From NCBI GenBank assembly GCA_964016885.1, contig OZ024743.1, positions 265,174,001 through 265,238,000 of the forward strand: a stretch of 64,000 nt of DNA, written 5' to 3'. The stretch comes from Eledone cirrhosa. Its lineage: Eukaryota. The notes beneath the pieces were generated by a model, which worked only from the letters and a program-made list of their open reading frames with translations, had not been told where the DNA came from and did no database searches. Each line of letters begins with the position of its first letter. The first letter of the stretch is position 1. Of the stretch, positions 29,801-45,788 are shown one piece after another. Position numbers and translations under genes: made by a program.

Positions 29801-31274
29801 CACTAAATAGGCCTAGAGGGAGGAATACTTTCTACGTATGATATTTTCAATTCAATAAAAACTGACCCGCATATTTGGCACTGTCATATTCAATAAAAAA
29901 CTGACCCGCATATTTGACCCAATAATATAACATAACTAACACAGTTTATATTCTACATAAATAATTATCGCTTAGAGATCCAGAAAGCACCGCAAATAGG
30001 GGAGAAATGCACTGAGGTACTTGTTTGGCAAGAATGGTGAGGGCTTAAATATAATTTTAAAATTACTACAATTACAATATAAAAACGTTGACAACCAAAC
30101 AGATGGTTGTTACAATGAAAACAGCGTTCGAAAATCGGGTAAAATAGAAACAGAAAATATGTAGCGACTGATCACTTATTTTCTGGCTTTAAGGGTAATT
30201 TACCCGGTTTTTTATCGCTACTATCATTGTAGCGTCTCTATGTTTGATTTCAGCGTTTTCAAACTTAAAATTTTCAATGTACACTTTTACCAATTTTAGA
30301 ATTTGCGGTTTTAAAAAAGAGCAGTAATCCAATGTGTGGTAAACGCTATTCTACACAAACTCATTAAAATACTATAACACGCATCGGGCAGGCATGTTTC
30401 TGTGGTTAAGAAGTTATCTTTTCACCTAAGCTATTTTAGTTCTGAATCCGTTCTGCAATACCTATTCAACTTAACACATATGAAAGACCACATACACCGG
30501 ACAGTCACCTAATAGACCAATTCACAACTGAGACAGGCAAAGCTATACGGTTTATGTGTATTTGTCAGTTTAACAGATTAACTTCACAAATATTTGTTTC
30601 GGATTCAATGCTACTGTGAGGAATGTTGGTCAAGCTTATTTCATACCATAACCACGGGCCGGTTAAAGTCTTCTGAATGACATTTTCTAGATGTATACAA
30701 AACAGAATTCCAACGGTTTTTACATCACGACGTGGTTATCGAAGAATATTAACACAATCAAATCTTAAAGCAGTTCTCTAATATGAAGTTAAATACAAAT
30801 AAATTATGGCATCCGAGACTAGTTGAAGGAAGGATCCTTCAACTAGACTCGGATGCCATAAAAAGGGTCATGAGGGCTGCCTTTTCTCATCTGACTAAGC
30901 ACAGCGTATTATATACCATAAAGTGAGTGTATAGCATGAGAGTAGTAATAAATAGCAATGTTGCAACACTTGGCATGAACGAACAAAAGCATCTATCTTC
31001 CCCACCGGTCACGAACTGAGAAATGCAATGCTGAACATAAAGGTGGAATTGCGTAATGTTGAGCTCATGCTGCACACCGCATTGAACAAGCCATCTTACA
31101 TATGCAGATGCGATAAGAAAAGAGCAATGGAAATAAAGAAGACAACTTTGTCTTCTGACTAGGACAGCAAACTGAATGCGTAAACAAATAATAAGAAAAA
31201 TTCTTATGACAGGACAGGACATCGTACAGGCAGCTTTTTGAAATAGTGTTCTATTCATTATTTATAGAACTAAA

Positions 31275-31379
31275 CCCGCAGAGGTTAACTTTGCCTTTCA
31301 TCCTTACGGGATCGATAAAATAAAGTACCAGTAATGCACAGGGGTAATTGCTGGCCTTGTGCCAAAAGTAGAAGCAATT
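31275..31379 (+). mobile_element. SINE 3' part; similar pieces at 33955-34071, 34951-35063, 35625-35722 and 61228-61290
   Basis: GAGGTTAACTTTGCCTTTCATCCTTACGGG.TCGATAAAATAAAGTACCAG...GGCCTTGTGCCAAAAGTAGAA. Confidence 0.85.
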
Positions 31380-31497
31380 ATTTATAGAACTAAAACAGCG
31401 TGATTTAAAAACGATAAGGGAGCCATTTATTGTATGTCTGTTATACATATGTTAATCATAAATATATACGTGAGTATGTGTGCATACGAAAATATAC

Positions 31498-31551
<54 letters not shown>

Positions 31552-31646
31552 TATGATAAACATTGCATCTTTGTTCATAAACGTGATTCACAATAAAGAC
31601 GTCTATGAACTGATATACAATATGTTTATTATACTTATACTTATAA

Positions 31647-31682
<36 letters not shown>

Positions 31683-31694
31683 ACACACAGACAC

Positions 31695-31757
<63 letters not shown>

Positions 31758-31885
31758 TGTGTGTTTGTATATGTGTTTGTATATGTGTGTTAAATTTTAT
31801 ATATGTACTGTAACATATTGTATATAGCTTCATAAGCACCTTTATTATGAATCACGTTTATGAATAAAGATGCAATATGTTTATC

Positions 31886-31927
<42 letters not shown>

Positions 31928-31961
31928 GATCAATATATATATATATATATATACACATATG

Positions 31962-32000
<39 letters not shown>

Positions 32001-32334
32001 AATAAAGGGTATGTGTAAATGACGGAGTAGAACTCTCTTCAAAAACTGTAAACACATAAACAGGGTCCCTCTCTCTGAACGTGACAAGTGGGAGGAACAG
32101 TCTGACAGGGTTTGTTTGGTCTCAGAAGCAAGCAATGGAGATAACTCCTATATCTAGTAATAATCAGGAACTGATACATACAGTGTATTGCAAAATACAC
32201 TGTATATACATTCATATATATATAGCTATTTCAGACCGCCAATTCTAATTTTCAATTTCTGCTTGACCGGCAACGGCTCTGTATAATCAGTTCCTGATTA
32301 TTACTAGAAATCCTTAAGAATCAAACATTCATGA

Positions 32335-32428
32335 TTTTCAGCAAACAGGTGGGGTACTTGGCTTTGATAAGTACCAATCAGTACGAAACATAGCTCTGTC
32401 AGCTTTATCTCCCCCTGTTTGCTGAAAA
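32335..32428 (+). ncRNA. Type I hammerhead, U3-A8 variant with extended stem I
   Basis: TTTTCAGCAAACAGGtGGG..GGCT-TTGATAA-GTAC caatca GTAC-GAAA-CAtAGCTCTG-TC-AGCT..CCCCCTGTTTGCTGAAAA. Confidence 0.78.
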
Positions 32429-32636
32429 TTTAAAGTAAGTGAGACTGTCACTACTCTAAAACAATAGCATAAAGTCTTCGAAATGCTTTTAATTAAGCAT
32501 ACAGTGTATTGCAAAATACACTATATATACATTCATATATATATATAGCTATTCCAGAGCGCCAATTCTAATATATATATATATATTTATCCTTATCGAG
32601 CCCTCTTTGGATTTCAGTCTTCAAATTTATTATTAT

Positions 32637-32715
<79 letters not shown>

Positions 32716-32899
32716 TACATATATACATATATATATACAACTACATATAAATATAGAGGAAGAGGACAAAGAACTCATAACTTCTTGTGGAGTCGTAGAG
32801 GCACCATCAAATGGCGTGTCTATGGCACTTTTAAACTTGGCAGAGGCCAACCCTCTCAAGGTCTGAACAAAGCCGATTTTTTCTAATGAGGAAGAATTG

Positions 32900-33273
32900 A
32901 CCCCAGTAATGGACTGATACTTCTTTTATCGACCTCGTAAGGATGCAAGACAAAGTCGACCACAACGATATGAAGTCAGAGCGTGCAATGTGACGGGACG
33001 AATACCGTAAAGCATTCTATCCGACGTCTTAATGATTCTGCCAATTCGCCGCCTGACATATAAATATACATATACCTATTTATTATTTGTACATATTAGG
33101 TGGATTGGCAGTATCGGTAGAGCGTTAGACACCATGCTTTACAGCATAGAGTTACGACCCTTTATGATCTAAGTTCAAATCCCGCCGAGGTTAACTTACG
33201 GGGTCGATAAAATAAAGAACCAGTAATGCACTGGGGTCAATTTAATCGACCTGCCCAAATTGTTGGCCTTGTG
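32900..33273. mobile_element. Two SINE copies in opposite orientation (32900-33055 minus, 33098-33273 plus)
   Basis: A/B boxes and conserved body as in the 63252 unit; the minus copy is more diverged. Confidence 0.8.
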
Positions 33274-34267
33274 TCTATATTAACCATTATTTGTACAGAT
33301 TAAAGCTTAAGCTTTCTTCTTCTTCTTCCCGCTGTTCAGTTTAGTAAGAGGTTTGTTTAACCCGACTTGTTGCTATGATCACGGTAGCAGCTGGCTATTT
33401 CTGTGTTAAGAAATATGTACACTCTCAACGCTCCAAATCATTTCATGTTATGTTGTTGTTCACCACAGAACAATTAAATATTTGTATAACTTCATTTCGT
33501 TATTTCTATACTTAAGAAAAGTATTAAAAGAATTGGTTCATTTTAGACATTGTTAATTTGAAAGTATATTAAGATGTCGTTCTGAAATTCTAATGATATT
33601 TGAAAATAGAATGATAAGCTTTTGCAATATTTTGAATACAGAAAACTGTCTAATAATATGGCATATAAGCCACCCAAAACTAATGAAATGGGCATCGGCA
33701 CGCATGCGAATCGAACCCACACCTCATATTTTGCGGATGAGTGTGCTTGACTGAATACAACTTGTTCACCCAACTAATAGATTTTTACTTATAATATGTA
33801 TCACGAGCGTTACATTTAAATAAAATAAAAGTGAAGTAATTTGTAAATTGTTTAGAAAATTTAATAAAAGATAATATTATTACTTGGTGATCGACGACGA
33901 TAATGTAAAAGCATCAGGCTTCTAAATGTATGTTACGTATTCATCCGCGGGATGATCTGAGTTCAAACTCCGCTGAGGTTAACTTTACCTTTCATCCTTA
34001 CGGGGTCGATAAAATAAAGTACCAGTAATGTACTGGTATTTGCTGGCCTTGTGCCAAAAGTAGAAACAATTATTTCATATATGGAACTAAAGTTATGAAA
34101 AATAAAATCTTTAATATATTGACCAGCAGACCAGAGGCATTATTCCACACAACCACTCGAAAACATTACTATTCAACACTACTGCACACACAAACACACA
34201 CATGCCTTAATTTACCAACGTGCACACACATTTATTTTCACACACTTCACAAACACGGTTTGTCCAT

Positions 34268-34392
34268 AGCAGTAACAGCAGCAACAGTAGCAGCAGCAGT
34301 AGCAACATCAGCAGCAGCGGTGGCAGCAGCAGCAGCAGCAGTAACAGCAGTAGCAGTAGTAGTAGTAGTTGTAGCAGTAGTAGTAGTAGTAA
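34268..34392. repeat. (CAG)/(TAG) trinucleotide tract
   Basis: Directly visible. Confidence 0.9.
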
Positions 34393-34705
34393 ATGGAGGG
34401 GTGTTGTGGAGCTAGTGAGGGTAGTGTGGGAGATGGTTTTTTTAAATGTGCCGAATCATACGTGGTGTCTGTTGCCGTACTTTACTTGTTTTATATTTAC
34501 ATTTAAAACGTTTTTTTTTTGTGTGCTCTCTCACGTTTTTTACAGCCTCTCTCCCCACACCCTCTCTTTCTCTCACTCACCCGCGCTCGTAATCTGTCTC
34601 TCAACATATATCCATACGCTTCTCTACTCCCCTCCTTACGATTTACCAAAATGCCGGTTGCTAGCATCATTGTTATGTAAGGTTATGGTGGTGGTGTTAT
34701 ATACA

Positions 34706-34761
<56 letters not shown>

Positions 34762-35743
34762 TATATATGTGTCTGTGTGTCTTTGTATGGGTGTGTGCGG
34801 GTGAGTGTGGGTATATATATATAATTCAAATATACACACATATATATATATATACCGATTGGCTGTCGATGATAATGTAGTAGTAGTTATTGTTGTTTAA
34901 CCACAGGCCAACCCTGGTCGAGGACATTTATCTTTCATTACATAATGTAATCCCGCTGAGGTTAGCTCTGTCTTAGACAGTCGATAAAATACAGTACCAC
35001 TGGGTCGATTTAATCGAATTCCCCTCTCCTCCAAATTGCTGACCTTGTGCCTAAATCAGAAATCATTACTTAATGTAATCTTTCTTTCTTTCGATATAGG
35101 CTGTAAAAAGGGCGAACTTCGCAGCTATTTCAAAAAACTCTAACAACCATTTAGATTCCTCCCAGTTAATTACTTTATTTGGTTAGTACTTTTGCTAATA
35201 TTAAATACTTTTGTTGCGGTGGTTGTTTAGCCCTATGTTTGGCCGGATGGAGTAAAGTTATGATAAAAGCATGTCAACTGTAACTAGCCATACTTTTTTG
35301 TGCATCTACTAGTTTTGGAATTATGTAAGGCTATATTAACTAATCTATTCATTCCATTAAGATTATGTTGCTCTGAGGGCAGATTTGGTTTCTATGTCTA
35401 TCAATGTGAGCACCCAGAACGATGTTTCTTAAAGTTTTTCCCTCTCTATCTTTCCCCTTCCTTTACCAGTTGACTATCCTTATACCAACAACCTGTCCAG
35501 CCTACACGCAAATGATAAGAAAAAAAATAATTTTGTATAAAAAAAATTAGATTAAATTTAGCGCTTGAAGTGTTGTATACAACACCATATAGTACAAACA
35601 ACAACAGCGTTATATTAATTTACAGAGGTTAACTTTGCCTTTCATCCTTACGGGTCGATAAAATAAAGTACCAGTAATGTACTGGGTAATTTTCTGGCCT
35701 TGTGCCAATAGTAGAAACAATTAATTTACAAAAGCATCCTTAA

Positions 35744-35976
35744 CCCTTTAGTTACCAACCCGGTCAAAACCGGCTCTGGCTCTATGAAATAAAATCACCC
35801 ATTTTAAACGTTTCAAATTTAAATGAAAATCTTCCAACATAAATTTATATATGAATTAAGCATAACATTAAGTTACTATGCTAGTAATGAAATAATGAAT
35901 AACTTTTTTCAAAATTCTGCATTAATTAATTAATTGAAAAAAGAGTGTATTTCATGAGACATGCTGTCAGAAAGGG
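35744..35976. mobile_element. piggyBac-like MITE
   Basis: TTAA-CCCTTT ... AAAGGG-TTAA termini with TTAA target duplication. Confidence 0.75.
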
Positions 35977-36877
35977 TTAAAATCAACAACACAGAAAATT
36001 ATTCTAGAAAAGTCAGTAACGACTAAGGATAAACAATTACATTTTACTACACGAAATACGCAAATTTATCCCTATAATTTTCGAATTCTCCACACAACTC
36101 ACAGACACTGTAATACGGAATGTTCCCCCACTGGAATCCTGAAATGTCGTTTCCTGGGTGGAAATTTCTTCGTAGATTAAGAATCACGGAATATGGAGAG
36201 TCCTGTGTGTTTTCTGTTGTGGTTTCAGACAGTTCTCACAGTTTCAATTGCTCCTGCTGCTGTTGTTGCTGCTGCTACTACTAGTACTGCTGCTGTCGTT
36301 GTTGTTGACGTAAGCGTGTTATTGTGTAGTCTTATTGTTGTAGCTGTTGTAGTTAATGTTGCGGTAGCAATAGTTTATCAGCCTGGAATAGAACGATGCT
36401 TGTTTGATTACTTGGAGTGGTTTTTCGTTTGTCTCTATTTCCCTTCTTTTTCTTCTTCTACTTCTACTTCTACTTCTTCTTCTTCTTCTTCTTCTTAAGT
36501 CTACAAATCAGAAAGAGTTAATCATACATTAATAAACACCCCACCCCATATATAATTAAACATATGTATATATAGAGAGAGTGAAATAGATAGAGGAGAT
36601 GGAGGGAGAGAGAGAGGGGGAGAGAGAAAAAGAGAGTGGGGGAGAGAAATAATTTGTGTTTATGTTTTTATTTTATATCTTTATTTATTCTGATGATGTT
36701 CAGATCCCAGGTCAGTTCTAACTGAAGAGTTATATGATCAAATATAGTCCAGCTAGGGGCAGACAGATAATAGGTACTCTGATTATGACAGTTGGCTGGT
36801 ATTTCTAGCAGGGATAAAGACCGGTTTGAGGTTCCCACGTTTTGTTGACGTTCTGCCCGTGTTGTCTATTTAAGAGG

Positions 36878-36932
<55 letters not shown>

Positions 36933-37012
36933 TATTAGACAGGAACAAAAACAGAGAGGCAGTACAAATGGTAGTTTATTAGGTTCACGCTTTATGTATA
37001 TATATGTGTGTG

Positions 37013-37078
<66 letters not shown>

Positions 37079-37117
37079 CAGATATATGAGTGGTGTGCGT
37101 GTATGTGTGCGTGTATG

Positions 37118-37176
<59 letters not shown>

Positions 37177-37184
<8 letters not shown>

Positions 37185-37580
37185 ATGCTTTGGGAGGGTC
37201 ATGTTGCCAATAAGAAACACACGCACCAGTTTCTTTCACTCCAATTTATTATAAATTAAATTTATAAATTTAAGAATTTATAAATTTCCGGTTGAAGGAG
37301 AGGCACAAAAATAAAGAAAAGAATCCCCAGTCACTGAAGACGTCACAGAATGTGTGACGAAAGAACTTTGACAATATATGAACAACCGTCCGGTTGTGGA
37401 ACCAACCAACCAACCGGAAATTTATAAATTCTTAAATTTATAAATTTGATTTATAATAAATTGGAGTGAAAGCTTCTAGTGCGTGTGTTTCTTATTGGCA
37501 ACATGACCCTCCCAAAGCATAACAATATCGGTTTCACCACACGTTTTCAGATAAAGAATCTTACTAAACAAATTCAGAAA

Positions 37581-37583
<3 letters not shown>
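37177..37583. mobile_element. Fold-back mini-copy of the Nematis-like PLE 3' end with HHR at 37330-37372 (+)
   Basis: 37177-37294 is inverted to 37411-37528. HHR: GTCA-CTGAAGA-c-GTCACA..TGTGAC-GAAA-GAAC-TT-TGAC. Ends TTCAGAAACGA. Confidence 0.85.
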
Positions 37584-37629
<46 letters not shown>

Positions 37630-37820
37630 CACGGCTGTGAGTTTTAGGAAATCGCTTCGAAACTACATGCTTGCAGGTTCAGTCCCATTGAGTGGTACTG
37701 TAAGAGTCATCTAATAAAGACTTGGTGGATGGTATTGGTGGGGAAGCTTGTATAAACCTCCTCTCAGAAACATATACCCTCAGTGTTACACCCACCCACA
37801 TATGTATATATATTTACACA

Positions 37821-37918
<98 letters not shown>

Positions 37919-38106
37919 CAGGAAAATGTTTGAACCCGACGGGCAGTCGGGGTCAAACAACATTCTCCTATTACCCACTCTACTACACTAAGTATTATGG
38001 TCCACATGGTTCCTTACCATAACTCATTTGTTATATATATATATATATATATATACATATCGTAGAGAGTGGCTATATATATATATATACATATCGTAGA
38101 GAGTGG

Positions 38107-38146
<40 letters not shown>

Positions 38147-39351
38147 CCATGTGAGTATGATCCTACATGTCGGTGGGGAGGAAATTACCAGTTTGTTTTA
38201 TTTGTATATTTGAAGTAATATCTATGTTATGCGTATACACATATGTGTGGTTGTATGTGTGTGAGTTAGAGAGAGCTTGTATGTGTCCCTGCGTTTCATA
38301 TTTGATATATCCTTCCCTCTTCCTCCTCCCCCTCTTTTCCATAAACGGTCTGTAGCCAAACATCTCTATCAGAGCACCAAACATCTCACACCATGCTATG
38401 GTGCTTAGCTAACAACAACAGCTCACGGACTTTGGAAGGTACGCCGCCTGCAGTAGAGGGAGATTATCACTGAGAGAACAGAAAGAGTCACTTATATATA
38501 TATATATATATATATATATTCATACCTATATCTATGTTTATCCAGGTATACACATTTATCCATACGTACATACACTTTACTATAAGAGAAAAATAAAAAA
38601 AATAAAGTCAAAACTTTTATATTATATATAATATATATATACATATATATATATACACATATATATGTGTGTATATTTATATAGTATAATATAATATAAT
38701 ATAATATAATATATATGTATGTATAAAACAAAAGTAACATCCAGTAACATGCATTTGTAGATGTGATGTACGTATTTTATTATAACATTCCATACACTAA
38801 CCATTTACATTAGATCAATTTGTTATGAATGTATATACATAGCTATGATATATACTATTATAATTATAAAGCAACCCGAATATCAGCACCACCATCACTA
38901 ACAACTACTACAAGAGCGACATCAGCAAAACAAACAAAAGCAAGAATGTTGCCTAACAAAACTATTCATACTGGATGCACATGAAAGAAAACATACAATT
39001 ACTTATACATATATGTATATAAAAAACACACGAGGAAGGAGAAAAAAAATAACGAAAACAAATATGGGTCGCGACTTGTGAAAAAGGAGAATCAGAAAGT
39101 GTTAGTGTGCTTCAATATGTGTATCTATGGGAATGTGTGGTTATATGTATGTGTGTTCTAGGACACTATGCATGGTTTTAGGATTTGCGTGTGAGTGTTG
39201 TGCATGCCGAATTGTAGAAAATATAAACAAGCCGGACTTCCTTTAATTTAAAGTATTCCATGTTATGGGAGATTAACAATAACATACATGCAAATATATA
39301 TATATATATATAGTTAGTTTATAACTATACAATGATATAACAATATATATA

Positions 39352-39408
<57 letters not shown>

Positions 39409-39419
39409 CACACACACAT

Positions 39420-39465
<46 letters not shown>

Positions 39466-39535
39466 ACATATATATATATATACATATGTAAAAACGCAAA
39501 TACATACACATAATATAATATATATAATTAAATTA

Positions 39536-39628
<93 letters not shown>

Positions 39629-39984
39629 GAATTTGAAATATATATTATGAAGTGAGGAAATAAAAGGGTGCCAAGCGAACAAAAAAATCACGAAGTAGAG
39701 AACAAATGGAATATTGTCAGTACGTTGAATAATTCATCAGGTTGAACATACACACATACAAACAAACAGACACACCCCACACACATGCAAACAAACACAT
39801 TCACTCAGCCAATCTATACAGATGATATTAAGAGTCAAACACAAAACTAACATGTAATAATCAAGAGAAATAAGAAGCTTAACCAAACAATATATATACA
39901 AAGATATACAAACAGAAAAGCACACACACACCTATATACATACTTACACACACACCCTCAAACACACAGACAAACACACACACT

Positions 39985-40024
<40 letters not shown>

Positions 40025-40238
40025 CACACACACACTCACACACATATATATATATTAGAGCAAAAATCACGAGCACTCTATCTCAAAAATATTTTTGAAA
40101 AGCATAAGAAATGCGCAACCGGTAAAAACTTAAAACTAAAACTGAATACTAACTAATACATATTACTAATTTATACTTATTCCTAATTAAACTATCTTTC
40201 ACTAGGAAAAATTTGACAGGATTTTCTTTTACTTTTTA

Positions 40239-40287
<49 letters not shown>

Positions 40288-40847
40288 ATTTTTATATATA
40301 TATATTTGTATATGCATGTAAACAAACAGGAATATAAATCCCCGGGATATAGGAACAAAAAACGAAAAGAAACTTATTTCGAAAGAGGCCAAAACATAGT
40401 GACAAAAAGAGAGAGTGAGGGAAGAAATTGCTGAAAGAGGGAGGGCGGGAAAGAGAGTGAGACAGAGAGAGAGAGGGGGTAGAGTGTGGGGGAGACAGGA
40501 AAGAAAGTTTGTAAAACACATAGAGGGCGAGTGAACTAGATGATGAAAGAGTGAGTGTATGTGTGGCATGGAAGAAGGAAGGGTAGCGAAGTAGTGAAGG
40601 AGAAAGGGTGTGAGGAAGACGCAAAATTTCCTTAAGGAGAAAAGCTTTTCGATTTAAAGGAAAAATTACACCATTTTTGGATTCGTTTCTTTGGCGAAGT
40701 TCTTCAACAATTTTTGAGTTTTGAGGTAAGTGGAAGGACTGCCATAACATAAAGTATAAATATATTTGATGGGGAGACGTAACGTGGGTATATATATATA
40801 TATATATGCATACGTATATGTATATAAATATATATATATATATATAG

Positions 40848-40891
<44 letters not shown>

Positions 40892-40914
40892 ATATATATA
40901 AGTATATATATAAG

Positions 40915-40946
<32 letters not shown>

Positions 40947-40948
40947 AG

Positions 40949-40985
<37 letters not shown>

Positions 40986-41158
40986 ACATACAACATATAT
41001 GTATAGATCTATCGCAGCGATTATAAACAAACGTACATTGTCAAACACGTGTCAAATGCATCATACAAAAATCATGATATTTATTCCAACTCTATGTGCA
41101 ATGAACATTCAATTTAAAATTATTTCTGGATATCATTCATCTCTTAATCGATTCGTTA

Positions 41159-41243
<85 letters not shown>

Positions 41244-41360
41244 ACACACATGCACACAGACAAACGGACAACCATACATTCTCACATTTACATATGTACA
41301 AAAAGTACGTATCTCTATTTATATACTGGCATGCACATAGTGTCTCTGATTAAATATACG

Positions 41361-41419
<59 letters not shown>

Positions 41420-42108
41420 CCACATACATACATATACTTTTATATATATATAACCTATATACATACATATATACATACATGTATATATATGTATATATAT
41501 ATATATACAGAGATGCACATTCATAATATTCAGCTATGATATCCAAAGTATATAAACACTAGAAAAAAAATACGCACAAATATAATTGCTAGCACACACA
41601 CACGCACACACAGACATACACACATACACACATATATATATATGTGTGTAAATGCTACTTGGAATGTGTGCGTGTGTCAACTATATATCTCACTGACACA
41701 TGCTATCTATGGGTAAACGTTTGGGTTTTTTTATGTTGGACGGGTTGATGTGAGAGAGCAAAAGTAAATCATGTTTAAATTAATATTACATTTCTAATTT
41801 AAGTGTATTTCTATTTGAACTTATATTTTCCAATTGTTCATCTTTCCTTTCTTTTCAGCTTTTATATATTACATTATAGAAATAATTCAATTTAAAAGGC
41901 ATTTCATTCATCTTTTAATTAACTGTATTCTGAATTATTTATTTTCAAACTTTTTGAAGAAATGAACAAATAAACAATGGGAAAAAGAAAACAAAGACAA
42001 ACGAGGACAACGCCGCGTATAAACACACAGACACACACTTATACACACACACACACATGCACACACACATACGCACACTCGCACGCACACACACACATAT
42101 ATTATATA

Positions 42109-42183
42109 CAGAGTGTCCACAAAGTCACTAGACAATTTTATTGAAATATATGTATATTATATAGTGATTTTGTGGACACCATG
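42109..42183. mobile_element. Tiny mariner-like MITE
   Basis: TA-CAGAGTGTCCACAAAGTCACTA ... TAGTGATTTTGTGGACACCATG-TA. Confidence 0.65.
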
Positions 42184-42261
<78 letters not shown>

Positions 42262-42285
42262 AATATATATAATATATATATATAT

Positions 42286-42316
<31 letters not shown>

Positions 42317-42354
42317 ATATATACATATATAATATATTTATATATATATAATAT

Positions 42355-42431
<77 letters not shown>

Positions 42432-42453
42432 CATATATATATATATAATATAT

Positions 42454-42537
<84 letters not shown>

Positions 42538-42547
42538 TATATATATA

Positions 42548-42631
<84 letters not shown>

Positions 42632-42633
42632 AC

Positions 42634-42740
<107 letters not shown>

Positions 42741-42795
42741 TATATAATATACATATAAATATATATATAATATATATATAAATATATATATATAT

Positions 42796-42876
<81 letters not shown>

Positions 42877-43412
42877 GATATATATATGTATATTTCAAAC
42901 CAACAGTTTTTATTTATATATTTTTTTACTTTTTATTTTAATCAAATTATACAGATATGAATAATAAACACCATGATTTCTTCAGTACCAGGTACGTGAA
43001 GAAGTATTGAAGAACAACAGCCCTCGGGTATAATATGTGCCTGCAGCCCTCGGGTATAATATGTGCCTGCGAGTGCAGAAACGTATATTTGCCTTTATGT
43101 ATGTGATAACTGTGTCCCTGATATAAACAAAAAAAAACTTTCCAGGTCTAATAAAGTTGTCACATTCTCTGTAATTATCGTAACACACGTACATACACAC
43201 AGGCAGACACACACACACATACATATATAATATATATATGTCTAACGTATACAGGCCTGGAAAAGTAGACATTAATTGATGATGGTGAGGATAATGATAC
43301 TAGCACAGCTGGGTATGTATATATATATATATACACACATACACACACACATTTACATATATAGATATATACATACATATATACATAGATTTATATACAA
43401 GGAATACACACG

Positions 43413-43449
<37 letters not shown>

Positions 43450-43466
43450 TCATATATATATATATA

Positions 43467-43542
<76 letters not shown>

Positions 43543-43931
43543 TGATCGTATGCGCATGTATCAAATATGCATGTATCCACTTGGATGTATGTATCTCATG
43601 TATGTATGCATTACATCGTGTGAGAATTTGCACCGCGCTTAGTAAGTCGTTCGACTCGCTAACTTCCGCTGTTCTTCAGCAAATTTAGGTCCCATGAAAA
43701 TTAAAATCCGCGTTCTTGAGGTTACTGGCCCAGCAGCCGAAAAGCGGTGGGTGTATCATTCTCGATTTGTCCCATTTAGATGCTAAAAAAAATAAGTTAA
43801 AAAATTTAGCTGTCTGTCTCTATTCGTGCTTCTCTAGATTTGTGAGAAGTTTGTGTCATGGGAATAGTGTGTGAACTCATATTCTATCTGAAGTTTATAC
43901 ACGTTCTTTATAACTATCTATCTATAAACAA

Positions 43932-43979
<48 letters not shown>

Positions 43980-44054
43980 GAAGTAATTCCGTCGCAAAGA
44001 AGCTCTTCTATATTAAAACTATATATACACACACACCCCCACACACACACATAC

Positions 44055-44097
<43 letters not shown>

Positions 44098-44996
44098 TTA
44101 ACATAGAAGAGCTTCTACAGGACTAGAACTGTTTATCAGGGAGCTGGCTATCCATATATGTATATGTGTGTGTGTATGTGTGAGCGGGTGTTTGTGTGTG
44201 TGTAAATATGTATGTTAATATATATATATGTGTGCGTGTGTGTGTGTGTGTATCTGTGTGTCTGTGTTATATATATATATAACACAGACACAGAGACATA
44301 CACATATATATATATATGTATGCATATAAGTATGAATGAATGTGGTTAACAGTTTAGAGAAAACAGTACTCAATTCCGAAATAAAGTGAGATATTCATGT
44401 TTTAGACTAAAATGTGAGTCTTGTTATTCTGAAGTTTCGCCTGTTTATCCGATGTCTGATGACCCTGCGATAAACAGGTAAAGCGCCTGAATAACAGGAC
44501 TCTGTATTTAGTCTTAATAAAATGAATATATACATATATACATGTATGTGCGTGCGCCCACGCTTGTGTGTGTGTGTGTGTACGCGTGTGTTTATGCATA
44601 CATACATATATATATATATATAGATATGTATGTGTAGGCGCAATTTTCTCATCTACCAATTTCTGTTTACACATTTGCATGCATTGTTAAACATGTGGTT
44701 GGCAACAAAACGCTGCTGTATCTCCCTCCTCTACATTGTCAGTAGAGCAATGCTTATACACACACACGCACACGCGCAGACACACACACGCACACGCATA
44801 ATCACACACACACATACACACTCACACATATATATATACGTATGGGTGTATATTTATATGTATGTAAATAGTGATACGCATATACTGACAGTCTCATACT
44901 CAGAAACGTGTCCTATACATATGCACCCATCTCATATACATGGATATATATCTTAATATCTTATGTACATATATATATATATGTAGATATATATTA

Positions 44997-45032
<36 letters not shown>

Positions 45033-45072
45033 CATATATATATATATATATATTATGCACATATATATATAT

Positions 45073-45105
<33 letters not shown>

Positions 45106-45173
45106 CATACATATATATATTATGTACATACATATATATATACATACATACATATATATATATACATACATAC

Positions 45174-45209
<36 letters not shown>

Positions 45210-45275
45210 TCATACATACATATATATATATACATACATATATATATACATACATATATATATATTATGTACTAC

Positions 45276-45306
<31 letters not shown>

Positions 45307-45379
45307 TATGTACATATATATATATATATATATACATATATATATTCATACACGTATATATATATATATATATACATAC

Positions 45380-45410
<31 letters not shown>

Positions 45411-45460
45411 CATACATATATATATATATACTTACATATATATATATATGTATACATACA

Positions 45461-45497
<37 letters not shown>

Positions 45498-45507
45498 GTA
45501 TACATAC

Positions 45508-45556
<49 letters not shown>

Positions 45557-45645
45557 CATACATATATATATATATACATAGATATATATATATATATATA
45601 CATACATATATATATATATATACATACATATATATATATACATAC

Positions 45646-45680
<35 letters not shown>

Positions 45681-45788
45681 CATATATACTTACATATATA
45701 TATACATAAATATACATATATATATATATATACATATATACATACATATATATATATACATAAATATATATATATATATATATATATA

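Noticed and set aside
34095-34804. Poly-Ala/Val and poly-Ser ORFs, also 36193-36498
   Set aside because: Trinucleotide microsatellites with no domain or splice support.
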